Below, in pieces: positions 37,289 through 49,518 of a stretch of DNA of 64,000 nt (the stretch's first letter is position 1; each line of letters starts with the position of its first letter). Origin of the DNA: Guillardia theta CCMP2712. Taxonomy: Eukaryota > Protista > Cryptophyta. Below the pieces are notes generated by a model. That model was not told where the DNA came from, ran no database searches, and saw nothing but the letters and a program-made list of their open reading frames with translations. Where the stretch lies: positions 417,741-481,740 of the forward strand of contig NW_005434656.1 in assembly GCF_000315625.1 (NCBI RefSeq), read 5' to 3'. The position numbers and the translations under genes were made by a program.

Positions 37289-40200
37289 TCAGCAGGAGAA
37301 GACTTTGACCGCTGCGTCCACTTGGGGCCTCCCGAGCCTCCCCGATCGCTTGAGGAGGATGGCGGTAGCGACTGAGGAGCCTCCAGCCACCAGTAGAGAG
37401 TCAGCGGCAGCCGCCAGCTCCTGCCGTCCTGTCAGCGAGGGACTTGACATGTAAACCCTCACCATGAGCAGCAGAAAATCCTCCGAGTCCTGCAGGTCCA
37501 CCGGCTGCCTCCTCCATCCCCCCCCTCCTCCTCCAGGGGCCAACTTGTGATGGGGATGAAGCAGAATGACTTCGCTTCCTCCTCCTGCTCCTCCTCCTCC
37601 TGGCTGCAAGTGAACCAGCACGCTGCTGTCGAAGCAGGAGTGAAGCGCCTGATGCTGCTCGTCCTCGTAGTCCCACCAGATGAAGGTGAAGCCTCCTGAG
37701 AGCTGCGGCTTCCTCCCCGATGGCAAAGTCGGCAGCCCCTTGGCGAAGATCTAGAGAGGAGAGAGAAGAGAGTGGGGGGGGGGGGGGGCGCGCCAGGGGA
37801 CCAAGGATAGCAGAGGGAGACGGCGGGATGGGGGAAAGGGACAGGCGACAGGGGAGGTGAGGAAGGGAGGAGAGAACAGAGGAGGGAGAGAGGGAAGAGA
37901 GGAGAGAAAAGAGGAGGGAGAGAGGGACGAGAGGAGAGGAGATGAGGATCAGCCATGGCGTGCAGTCTGTCTCAAGACTCACCGCATGCTCACTGTCCTG
38001 CTGTCTCTTCGCATCCTCGCAGGTGGACTCAAGAGAGATCCAGTCGAAAGTCCAGCTGATAGGGGAGCTCAGGAGGGAGGAGGGAACAACAGAGGAAGAG
38101 ACGGAGGAGGAGAGAAAGAGAGGGAGGTCCAGGAAGAGGAGGGGCAAGAGCAGGACGAGGAGAGAAGGAGGAGCAGGCGGTCGACCTTGAGGCGCAGTGG
38201 AGGAGAGAAAGCTGAGAGATCTGCGGCAGCTGATCGAAGGCAACCTGAGTCATCATCATCAAAAACAGCGAGTCTTTCCCCCTCCCCTCCTTCCCCTCCC
38301 TCCCCTCCCCTCCCCCTCCCTCCTCCTCTTCCTCCTCCTCCCTCCTTCCCCTCCCCCCTCCTCCTCCCCCTCCCTCCTCCTCCTCCTCCTCCTCCTCCTC
38401 CTCCTATCGGTCACCACGTCGTGCTCGCTGTGCTGTAGCATCCTGCTCAGCTCGTCGCCCTTCCCAGCTCGCTGTCAGCTGGAGGATGGAAGTCGCTCCT
38501 GCTTCCTCCTCTCACCGGGTAAGGCTCCCTGTGTTGCATGCGCCTCCTCAAGTCCACGAGAGGAGAAGAGGGAAGGAAATCCTGCGAAAGATGTCAGACT
38601 CTCGGCCCTGGTCCAGCCTCCTCCTCCTCCTCCTCCTCCTCCTCCTCCTCTTGGACCTCCTCCTCCTCCTCTTGGACCTCCTCCTCCCCCTAATCCTCCC
38701 CCTCCTTGTCCTCGTCCTAGTCCTCGTCCTCCTCCTGGCGGGTGGATGTCGACCACCATTCGCTCCGTTTACCTGCCAATCGAAAAGAAATTCTTCAAAT
38801 CTGTCCAGACATCTCGCTCCTCCACCGTAGCATCCCGAGCGCCAGGACAGGCTGATCAAGTTTTAACTCGATGCTCCTCCTCCTCCCTCCCTCCTTGTCC
38901 CCCTCCATCTCTCCTCTCACGCACATCGCGGTCAAGGGTCGAGACGAGGAGCTTCGGTCCATCCATCGCCCGATCGCCTCCCGTTGCAGCTTGAAAGGAA
39001 GTCAGAGAACCTCAACCACATCCTCTTCCCCTCCTCCTCCTCCTCCTCCTCCTCGTCCTCCTCCTCCTCCTCCTCCTCCTCCTCGTCCTCCTCCTCCTCC
39101 TCCTCCTCCTCCTCCTCCTCCTCATCGTCCACCACCACCACCACCACCTACTACTACACTACTCCCCTCTCTTCCTCCCTCACCTCGTACGCTCTGCTCT
39201 CGTCAGGAGAGGACTGGAAGGACTCGAGGAGGAGACGGACAGCTTCATCCTCCTCGGACAGCAGGAGAGCGACAGTGACGGCCGTCCCTGAGAGACTCTC
39301 CGCATCCCTCCCTCTCCTCTGCGTCTCAAAATCATCCAAACCTTCCTCGCTCCTCGTGTCTTCCTCACCAAACTTTCACGGAACAGGAACAGAGCATCGT
39401 CGCACGCGGCTGACGCGGCAGCTTCTTCGATGCACCTCCTCAGCTGGATGTTCCCGATCGATCTAAACGCGATGAGAGGAGGAGGATCAGTGGGAGGAGC
39501 CGGAGCAAGAGCAAGAGCATGAGGATGAGGATGAGGATGAGGATGAGGATGAGGATGAGGATGAGGATGAGGATGAGGATGAGGATGAGGATGAGGATGA
39601 GGATGAGCAGGTAGAGGAGCAGGAGAAGCAGGATGAAACCTGAGCTCCCGTGACGTGACTCTTCCTCGCTCTTGTATGTTTCCCTCGTTCTCCTCCTTCA
39701 ACTTTGCCAGTAGCTTGTTGATCACGCGAGGAATGGCAGTAGCGCCGCATGCGTGAGAGACCTCCGTCGCGTCACTCACATGCCTCCTCCTCCTCCTCTC
39801 CTCCTCCTCCTCCTCCTCCTCCTCCTCCTCCTCCATCACCACCACCACCTCCTCCTCCTCCTTCTCCTCCCCTTCTGCTGCTACTTCTGCCGCACCTGCC
39901 GCACCTGCCGCACCTGCTCCTGCTCCCGCTCCCTCTTTGCCCTCTCCTCCTCTATCCCCTCTTCCTTACCGTGGGAGTGGGAGGGTCAAACGTCCTTCCC
40001 CACGAGCTCGACAAGTTGGAGGAGAAGAGGAGGAGGCGGCCAAGGATGTGCTCGCTGACTCGCTCCAGAGTGAAGTGGTGGAGGAGGAGCCGCCTGCCCT
40101 CCTCCTCCATCTCCTCGACCTCCCGCGCGTCGAACGAGGACAGAATGTCACGCAGGTGCGCCAGCTCAGACTCGTGCACGAAGATGGAGAAGCTGTTCCA

Positions 40201-43052
40201 GTCGACATCCTGCGAGGAGAAGGACGAGGTGAAGGGCGAGGACGAGGACGACGACGAGGAGGAGGAGGAGGAGCAGGATGGTGAAGAAATTCAGCATGAG
40301 GGCATCATATTGAAGTCGTTAGGCACCTCAACAAAGGGGACGCAGCAATCATCGTCGAAGATGTAGACGGGAATGGAACCTGAGCATCTTCACGTCATCA
40401 TCTTCCTTCTCCGCTCCCTTCTCCCCCTCCCCCTCCACTCCCCCTCCCCCTCCTCCTCCTCCTTCGTCTTCTCCTTCTCCTCTCCCCCTGCTCCTGCTCC
40501 TCCTGCTCCTCCTGCTCCTCCTGCTCCTCCTGCTGCTGCTTTCACCGTGTTCTAACGCCTCAAAGATCCGGAAGCTTGTCGGACCGTTGCCACGAGGACT
40601 GGAAGAGAAGGAAACCACGAGGAGTCGGACAAGGAGGAGAGAAAACAAGGAGAAAGGCGGTGAGAGGGTGAGAGGGGAGGAAGGAGGAGAGGGGGAGGAT
40701 GATGAAAGGACGAGGGAAAGAGAAGGGAGAAGGGAGGAGCAGGAGGTTCAGACGTCGATCACCTCAAAGTGAAGATGCTTTTTGCCGTGATGTCTCTGAA
40801 CGCTGCAAAACTATCAGAGGAAGAGGTAAAACAGAGCGAAATGCAACGAAGGAAGAGGAAGAGGAGCAAGAGGACGAGGACAAGGAGCAGCAGGAGGAAG
40901 AAAAGGAACAGGAGGGAGGGAGAGAGAGCGGGGGTACCTTGCTGATTCTTCTTGTCGATCATGAAATCATCTGAGATGATGAGGAAATCTGACAGCCCGT
41001 CACTCTCCTTCCCTCGTCTGCTTGCTACACCTCCGTCATGAGCAAACAACGACCGCAGACGCGTCCTGAGCGGATGCGTCGCCCGGCCCAAGAAAGAGGC
41101 GAAGATCTGATGAGCAGCAGCGGAATAAGAAGACACCGATCCTTCTCCTCCTCCTCCCCCTCCTCCTCCTCCCCCCCCCCCCGCCCCCGCCCCTCCTCCT
41201 CCTCCTCCTCCTCCCCCTCCTCCTCCTCCCTCTCACCTCTTTCCTGTAAACCCTCTTGTCGCCCTGGCGCTCAAAGGAGCGAGGAGGATGAGAGTGAAAT
41301 TGCGTGACAAGCGGGAGGGGCCACGAGCCCTGGCAGGAGGCAGAGAAAACCTGTGAGGGTCTCAGGGAAGAGGAGCAGAGGAGGGGGCGGGGAAGAGATC
41401 ACCAGCCAGTTCCTTGGGATGGAATGATTGAGAACACGACCCCAGTTGTCTGCCTGATGGTAAGGTGAGTGGAAATCCGGCGTTGGGGGGAGGAAGCAAC
41501 AGGAGGGAGGAGGAAGCAGGGAGCAGGGAGCAGGGAGCAGGGAGTGACCTGCATTACTGTGAAGTATCTCTTGGAGGGGTCAGAGAAGTTGGAGGAAATA
41601 ATCTCCGCAAGCTCTTCTTCCGTTGGGTGATACGTTGGTCTGCCAGCACCGTCTTCCTCCTCCCCTCCTCCTCTTCTCCCTCCTCCCCTCCTCCCCTCCT
41701 CCCTCCTCCCCTTCTTCTTCCTCCCTCCTCCCCCTTCTCCTCTTCTCCCTCCTCCCCTCCTCCCCCCTCCCCTTCTCCCTCCTCCGTTCTCGGATACCTG
41801 TGAAGCTGAAGGTTGTGCATGTGACTGATCCACATGATGGGAACATAGCTGCAGCAAGCCAACTCATCCATGAGCACGAGGAGGAGAAGAACGAGGGCGA
41901 GGAGGACGACAAAGACGAGGAAGAGGACGAGAAGGCGAACGAGGAGAACCGAGAGGAGGCGGAGGAGGTCGATCAATGAGGAGCAGGGACGGTTGAAAGC
42001 ATGGAGAGCAGCGTCAGTCAAGGGTGAGGGAGGGAGGCTCGGGGTCAGGCTGACTCACGTGATTTCACTGGGGAACCTGCGATGGTTGCTGGCGAAAAAA
42101 TGAAAGAAATGCTCTTCCAGCAGCTCCCCAGTTAAAGTCAGAGGGGAGAGAGGGAGGTCACCGACACTACCTCCTCTGCATGGGGAGGGTAGTGGGTGTC
42201 GTGCAAGACCAGCCCCTCCACATGCGACGTGAAGTCGGCAGAGCAGCTCTGCCACGTCCTCCTCACAGTCTCTCCGTTCTTGCTGCAGTTCTCCTCGCCG
42301 CTAGGTAAGAGGACAGTGAGCTGATGCAGCATGGGATGTCGAGATCAGGATCGGGCCACAGGAGGAGGAGCAGGAGGGGGAGGGCAGGAGAGCAGCACGT
42401 TCAATGGGTTGGAGATGATGATCACCGGGAGGGATCATGCCGGTAGGAGGAGCAGGTATCATGATGCTGCTGCCATGTTCGAAGTCTGCCAGCGAGCGGG
42501 AGCTCGCTCAGAAGAAGCCCCTTATCCCCCCTGGTGCTGAACCGAACCTGTCACCGACAGTCACTGCCTGACCCGTGAGCCAACAACCCTATCGGGTGGA
42601 TACAATGAACACGGCGGAGGAGGAGAACACGGGCGAGTCGCTCGCATTGACGACCAGGCATGAAACCTGACGGTCGTCAGCTCAGTGCTAGTCATTGAGG
42701 CAGACGCCAAACCGTCTGCCAGCTGCCTTCCAGTGGTTGAGAGAGGATGGTGACTATTCGCCTCGTCCTCGTCCTGATCACTATGTGCCTGTTGATTGCA
42801 AGAGCGAAACTGAAACCTGAGCAGCACTTGTGACACCTGAGCCTGCGGCTCCCTTAACTTACCTTCAGGCGCGTTGAACCGGAATTCGCATCTCATTGGG
42901 ACTCCTCTTGCCGAATGATGTATGCTGAACATCTTCGGCTCGACCACTTCTCCCCAGCGTCTTTCTCCTCCCTCCTCTCCCCCTGCCCCTCCCTCCTCCC
43001 TCCCTCCTATCGCTCCGCTGACCACCAACACCAAGGCCAGCATGAATCGCAT
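37289..43052 (-). CDS. Large secretory-pathway glycosyltransferase with an exostosin (GT47) domain and a further C-terminal domain
   Basis: Signal-like start MRFMLALVLVVSG; exons YVPIMW, ASFLGRATHPLRTRL, SIFTL/PRGNGPTSFRIFEALEHG/SIPVYIFDDDCCVPF, DVDWNSFSIFVHESELAHLRDIL (GT47 C-terminal signature); could be two genes. Confidence 0.72.
39518..39606 (+). repeat. (GAGGAT)n microsatellite, intronic
   Basis: Perfect tandem hexamers. Confidence 0.9.
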
Positions 43053-43611
43053 TTCCCCCCGAAAGCGAGGCGGGCCTGCCAAGTTGATGGCCGACTCAGG
43101 CTCCGACTCCGGCCGGGCAGGCCGCCGGGCGGACTCAGGGCCCGGGATCGGACCGACGATCGAGTGACTCCGCCGAGCTAACTGACTCAGCTCGGTTCGG
43201 AAGTTCAAAGGCAACTTAGTAGGGGCGCCGGCGCTTCCAGGCCCCGGCGTGCCCCCCTGACCGGGCCGCCAGTCTCGGCGGTCGGAGCCTAGCCTCAGTG
43301 ACCGTCCGACGCTTGTCAAAGATTTTTTTTCAATCATTCCGATGAACTCCGACGATACCCGGAAGGTGGGGTCATCGGGAAGTAAACACGAAGAGGTGCG
43401 GTAAGGGGGTAGTGTTGGGGGTACTACCTTAGTAGGGTCATCCGATGACAGGGGGTTCAAACTCATTTCAGTATGAGCAAAATCTTTTGGATGGTAGGGT
43501 GGGGTCATTTTCGAGGGGGTAGTGCAAACGAAGTAATCTGTGTGGGGGGTGGAAGACACAAGGGGTTGTCAGGAAAGAGGTAGTCGAAACTGGAGGCGAC
43601 GAGAGGAGAGG

Positions 43612-44340
43612 ATGGGAGGACCCAACAAGACAGGAGGGAGGAGGGAGAAGCGAGACATATGGACAGACATCTGGGAATGCTGCACCCCAATCCCATCGAA
43701 TCATCCGCCGCCTGAGGCTCCCCAAGTGATCCTCGCCAAGGACAATGTCGACACCCGAAAGCCCAAGTACGACAACGTGGATGAACGGAAAACTCCGGTG
43801 GCGCAGCAACCGCCCTTCCAGTTCAGAAAGTTTTCCCACGAGTATCAGGTGAAATGTTTCACGTGGGATCAGAACTCTTATCGATCGTGCTTGACAGCAG
43901 GCTTCTGAATCTGTGGTGTACTTTGCAGACTCCAGTCTGAATGTCCAGATCGTGAGATTTTATTTCACTGATTGACTCTTCTAAAATTTGTGGTACAGTA
44001 TAACGACGCTGATCCTGAAATGACAAAGTATCTGTCTACTCGCTACCCTTTCGTTCTGGAATGGCCTGTAAGTTGTCGTTCTTGTACCCTCTGTAAACAA
44101 GGTCTGCTTGACAAAGTGTTTTCAGGTCAAACTCACCCGGGAGGAAAGTTTTGTGATTTTACAACAATTGCAGTCCTACGCGGTGAGATAGAACTTCTAT
44201 GTCCTTACTGTAGTGCTGTCTGTGAGCACCTGTTACAGCTCAAACATCGTGAGCTTCCTCCGAATCTCTCCAAGATACTGGAGCACATCGAGCAATCTAA
44301 GTCGCGATTGGTTCTGGCACGAAACGATACGGAGCAATGA
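43612..44340 (+). CDS. Hypothetical 5-exon protein
   Basis: MGGPNK...SHEYQ / ASESVVYFADSSLNVQI / YNDADPEM...LEWP / VKLTREESFVILQQLQSYA / LKHREL...TEQ*, joined by GT-AG introns. Confidence 0.55.
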
Positions 44341-44582
44341 AGTTGAGCTTCACTGATATTCCATCAAGCGGGTCATTTACCATGCATTTTGACTATCTTG
44401 CTCCCTCATCCAATCTGATTATCGATGAATTAACAAGGACTGGTTTTCGTTCGCTGCTAAGTCAGTGAAATCGTTTGAAGCTGTACTCTGATGAAGCTAA
44501 GAATTCATTCCAAGTCTTAAATGAGAAAAATCTACAGTAAAACAACCACAGAGGCAGCCTGCGTGAAAGACCCTGGGCCCAG

Positions 44583-46272
44583 TTACACGTATTCTTTTTG
44601 AGTTTCTGCTGACGCACTTTCATAAACCTGCAAGTTTGGAATTCATCAGTACCGATCAGAAGAAGAGGAAGCCATGACTCACATCCATCTGAATGATCAT
44701 GAAAGAGAAGAAGCACTTGGAAGTAACATCAAGCAATGCATAGAGGATTGATTCTGCGCTAACTCCCAATCCGCCAGTCCCCACACTCAACAACCATACG
44801 AATGGATAAACTGACCATGAAACCACAGTGAGCAAAGACACTTTGCCATACCTGTCAAGTAGTGAGTGAGAAGCATATAAGGAGCAGTAAAATTACAGTT
44901 CGATTCTATCCATGTCATATTTGTCTGCAAGGGTCGTTACTTCAACTTCTCCAAAATCAATCAAATTACCAAGAACACACTGACGGAAGATTCTTACAAG
45001 CGCAATGACAACGGGAATGTAGACAACAAGCCCGATGACAAACCAAAGCCATTTGACAGTGGGCACGAGTGCAACAGAACCCATGTAACCAGCAAAAATC
45101 ATTCCCACTGTTCCAAAACATGTCAGATATATTCTTCTTGAGAAAAGAAACAAAAAATATGCGAATGTGCCCAAGAAATTAAGAAAAGTGATTAGTGTAT
45201 GCTTGCATAACACACTCTCTAACTTCATCTTCACGCAGGTCACATCAGTCAAATGGTTCACATGAACATCCGAGAGCAACCTCACACTAAGTGAGGCAGC
45301 AAGAGACTTACTGTCCGCGCCCATGATGGCCGCGATCATCCATTGCTCCTCGCCAGCCAGCAGCCCAATGTTCAAGATCATCAGAGGTGTTGTGATGAAC
45401 CAGTCGATATATCTGAAGACTGTTAGGGGAAGCTCTTTCCTCAACCTCTCCGTTCCACCTGACGTAGAACATCTGACGACATCCCATGATAGTCTCCCAT
45501 CCCATTCCGCTGATCATCGCAAAATAGGAGAAGGACGCCACTCCGCATACAAATGCGTTTCTACACAGCTACTCAGCACTCCGTTGTGAGAAAGAGGGTC
45601 AGTAATACATGTAATAGAACTTGCGGACGACAGGATCCGCATTGACAGCCTTGAATGCCATGAAGAGGGCCGTAAAGAGGAGTGCAATCCATGCAAGCAC
45701 ATCAAAGATGGCTCCTGCAGCGCCGTATCAGAGGATTGAACTCAACCAGAGCGGACGGAAAGGGCAAGACAGGTGACAAGACCATCATGGGGATTTCATA
45801 GATCAATGGCAATCACATGTCAAAGAGATGTTATTGACCATCAAGCTGGATACGAAAGTTCTTCACTATGATGTCTCCCATCAAAGTATAACATCCCAAT
45901 GGCACACAGGGGTCGTTCACCACCCAATCACAGCGGTAGAAAGGAAATCTTTCTCGTGGACAACACATGGAATTCACAACGATGGGATGGTACACTGGTT
46001 CTGATTCCATATCATCACACGTGATCTCCTTCAACGACTCCCCTAACTTGTTATCAACAATCACGTCCTCTCCCTCGTCTCCCTCTAATTGCGTGTGCCT
46101 CCTCATACCCCCCTCTCGCCCTCTCCCACAGGATCGAGGAAGGAGCTGTGCATCAGCAGGGAGCAGGAGCAGGGAAAGAGGAGAGGAAGAGCTTACCGGA
46201 GGCTCCTATCTCCTGGATCGCCAGGCAGTCTGCAGGCAGCAGCCTCGACGCCTCCATCCCCTCCTCGACCAT
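44583..46272 (-). CDS. Microbial (type-1) rhodopsin with DTN motif; 8 exons, first exon 46197-46272
   Basis: Spliced protein MVEEGMEAS...GAIFDVLAW...RYIDWFITTPLMILNIG (helix C)...WSVYPFVW (helix F)...LDVTSK (helix G, retinal-binding Lys)...QKEYV*. Confidence 0.95.
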
Positions 46273-46569
46273 CGTCGGCTGCCTCTTCGCGCTCGTATAA
46301 AAAAGATAACCGTATTGTAACGGAAATTCAGACTACCGTACCCAACATTCTATAATACGGTACCCCTGGTATCACCTGGCTTTGACCTGTATATGAGGGG
46401 GTACTCAAGGATTATAAGGGGGTGGCAGCAAAGAAATATAGTATTTAATCGATTAAATCCGTACTTGGATTGGTTTCAGAACAGAATGATCGATTTGAAC
46501 TGATTAGAACCGAATCGAACCTCGAAGGGCATGCGGCATCGCCGCCGCGGGGGGGCTGGACCGGAGGGA

Positions 46570-46599
46570 GAGGGAGAGAGAGTGTGTGAGAGAGAGAGT

Positions 46600-46697
<98 letters not shown>

Positions 46698-46845
46698 GAG
46701 AGAGAGTGAGAGTGAGAGAGAGTGAGAGAGTGAGAGAGAGTGAGAGTGAGAGAGTAAGATAGTGAGAGAGAGTGAGAGAGTGAGAGAGTGAGATAGTGAG
46801 AGAGTGAGAGAGAGTGAGAGAGTGAGAGAGTGAGAGAGTGAGAAG
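46570..46845 (+). repeat. (GA)n / (GAGT)-interrupted microsatellite
   Basis: Direct observation. Confidence 0.95.
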
Positions 46846-47541
46846 GAGAGAATATTGAATGTGTGTGTGATAGAGAAAAAGCAGAGATAGAAAGCTGGTG
46901 AGGAAAGAAGAAGAGAGGAAACGAAGTCGATCATGTAAGGAATACTGCGAGTGACGGTCCAACTGGGGATGATGGTAGCGTTCGGAATAGTCACAACGAG
47001 AAGAAGAGGACAAGTAGAGTTTGGTGGTGTAAAATGCAAGAAATGCATGAGGTAAAGATATTCTCTCTGACAGACCATCTTGATGAATATGGGGTGAGAA
47101 AGGTGTGTTTGTGTACAGACAAGAACATTGTTTCAAAGAGCATTGGCTAAAGGGAAAGGCGCGGGTTTGTAGGTTGGAACATGGAAATAGTACAACAAGG
47201 AATTGAACTTAACTTATATCTATCGTGAAGAAATTCGTGTATGACTCATGAATCATTATGAAGATGATTGGTGGGTAGGGACATGTGAAAAGAATGGTAA
47301 CAAGCATTGGACGAGGAACTTGACATGATATGGATGTTGTTTACTTAGTTCATACAACCCTCATTTCCTGTTTGTAATATCTGTTTTCTTCGTGTTAGCA
47401 TACTGACATGACACCATTGAAGGTGGTAGAATCCATGATTGAAGGTCGTCGTGTTGCGACATGATTGACCGAACACAAGCTAATCATCACGCTATATTTT
47501 TCGAGGGAATTGAATGAGAAGGGTTGACATCTGAACGAAAC

Positions 47542-48919
47542 ATGAACAAGAACGCGAATCCGAAGCGGAGCTCTCGCTTGGCAGCCAAGGAAGAAGTCCG
47601 TGAGCATGAATCAAGAAAACGAGGCAGACCCTCAGCTGCCAACGAGCAGGATGACATCCTCCGCCTGCCGCTGCATGCTGGCTCCTCCTCCGCCCGGAAA
47701 AACTCACCTGCCCGGCAATCCCTTCCTGCAGCCGCGTTGAACGAGGGTCTTGGTTCAACTCAGCCGAACGCGTCCTCTACTGCCTCGGACGCGAACACAC
47801 ACACTCCGAATGAGCGTGAGAGCAGCCGGAAGCCTCTGTCAAGCGACGGCACAGGCTTCGTCTCGTCCCCTCGCACCTCGGTTGGTTCAGTGTTGGCCGC
47901 GGCTCAAGCGAGGAAAGAAGCTAGCTTCAATGCCCTCAACATGCCGAAGCCGACCAACCCTGCGAAGAAGGTCACTGCGAACAAGGCAGCGGCACCTGTG
48001 CATGAGAGCGTGATGGCGGTAAGAGTGATCCAAGGCTTGCCACGTGACTCTGACTCTCCCGCAGAAGAAACAGAACGGGCCCTCCTCGTCACTGAGTCAC
48101 GAGTCTCACGTCTACCAGCAGCTGGTCGAGGCCAGACGTCCGCATGTGACCAACTTGGGACCTGGTGCTGCTGGACTGGCAGGCAATGCCAACGGAATGG
48201 GGGCGAAAGCTGGGAGTGTGAATGGCGGGGTGGGTATGCTCAAGGGAAGGATGGATGGTGGCGTGGGTATGCTCAAGGCAAGGATGGAGGCAGGTGGCAA
48301 GTCCTCCCCGGCTAGAGGAGCCATGTCAACAGAGCTGGAACAGGGCTTGAAGCTCGCGATCGAGCGATGGATGTCCTCGCGGGCCGCTCTTCCCAGAAGC
48401 GATGGAGGAAAGTTCCAGTCAGAGATCAAACGGCTGGCGTCGCGGATATTCTTCGAGAGCTTTGATCAGGAGCGAGAGATGCATGCTGACGCAGGTCAGG
48501 TGGGGGCTGAGGAGCACGCGGGGTGGGAGACTACAAGGACCAAGTTCAGCTTTGTGGGAGACGGGCAGGACGGAGGATCGAGCTCGATGGAGTTTCTGTC
48601 AACTCGGCATTTCTTCTCGGGCTCGATTCTTGGGAGGGATGAGCAATTCCGTCAGCTGCAATGGAAGCTAGATTTCGAGCTCACCGGCGCTTTTTCCCTC
48701 TCCTTCCACACCCAGTCGCTTCAATGCTGTGAAGATGTGGAATGGATCTTCCTGGAGAATCTCAAGCGGCTTCTTCGCACAGAGATCAGCACAGCAGAGC
48801 TTGCGATCCTCATCATGCTGGCTGGCAACGCGAAGAAAGGAAGTGTGGGATGGAAGGACGTGGAGGAGATGTGCTTCTGGAGTGATGGGTTCTCGATGCC
48901 TGAGTTCCGTGTATTGTAG
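47542..48919 (+). CDS. Hypothetical 2-exon protein (disordered N-half, globular C-half)
   Basis: Intron ~48019-48064 (GTAAG...GCAG) joins ORFs 47524-48315 and 48044-48919; internal 33-bp duplication GGVGMLKxRM. Confidence 0.6.
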
Positions 48920-48979
48920 TATGTAACATGAGCTGAAGTTTGACTCCATACTGTGTGACCCGTTGTCGCTGATACCCTT

Positions 48980-49400
48980 CTTGTCTCCTCTTACCTTCCC
49001 TTCTGTCCTCGTCTCCTCTTACCTTCCCTTCTCTCCTCGTCTCCTCTTACCTTCCCTTCTGTCCTCGTCCCCTCTTACCTTCCCTTCTGTCCTCGTCTCC
49101 TCTTACCTCCCCTTCTCTCCTCGTCTCTTCTTACCTCCCCTTCTCTCATCGTCTCCTCTTACCTCCCCTTCTCTCCTCGTCTCCTCTTACCTCCCCTTCT
49201 CTCCTCGTCTCCTCTTACCTCCCCTTCTCTCATCGTCTCCTCTTACCTTCCCTTCTCTCCTCGTCTCCTCTTACCTTCCCTTCTCTCCTCGTCTCCTCTT
49301 ACCTTCCCTTCTCTCATCGTCTCCTCTTACCTTCCCTTCTCTCATCGTCTCCTCTTACCTTCCCTTCTCTCCTCGTCTCCTCTTACCTCCCCTTCTCATC
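48980..49400 (+). repeat. 28-bp minisatellite, ~15 copies
   Basis: Unit GTCTCCTCTTACCT(T/C)CCCTTCT(G/C)TC(C/A)TC repeated head to tail. Confidence 0.92.
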
Positions 49401-49518
49401 TAGGACTTGGTCTCATTTCCAACTTGAGGAATGGTGGGTATTTTACCAGCAAAAGGTAGGGGTATTTGCGACTTAGAAACCAAGGGGTGGGTAGGCTTGA
49501 GGAAACAAGTGGCGAAGG

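Noticed and set aside
43972-44340. Apparent Cys-rich zinc-finger ORF (CRSCTLC...CPYC)
   Set aside because: Most cysteines fall in introns or the wrong frame once splice sites are applied
45831-46106. Minus-strand ORF as a possible N-terminal extension of the rhodopsin
   Set aside because: Lies inside intron 1; a phase-compatible first exon exists at 46197-46272
46860-47520. AT-rich tract as a possible transposon or viral relic
   Set aside because: No recognisable motif, terminal repeat or long ORF by eye
48963-49403. 146-aa repetitive ORF or CRISPR-like array
   Set aside because: Pure 28-bp tandem minisatellite with no spacers
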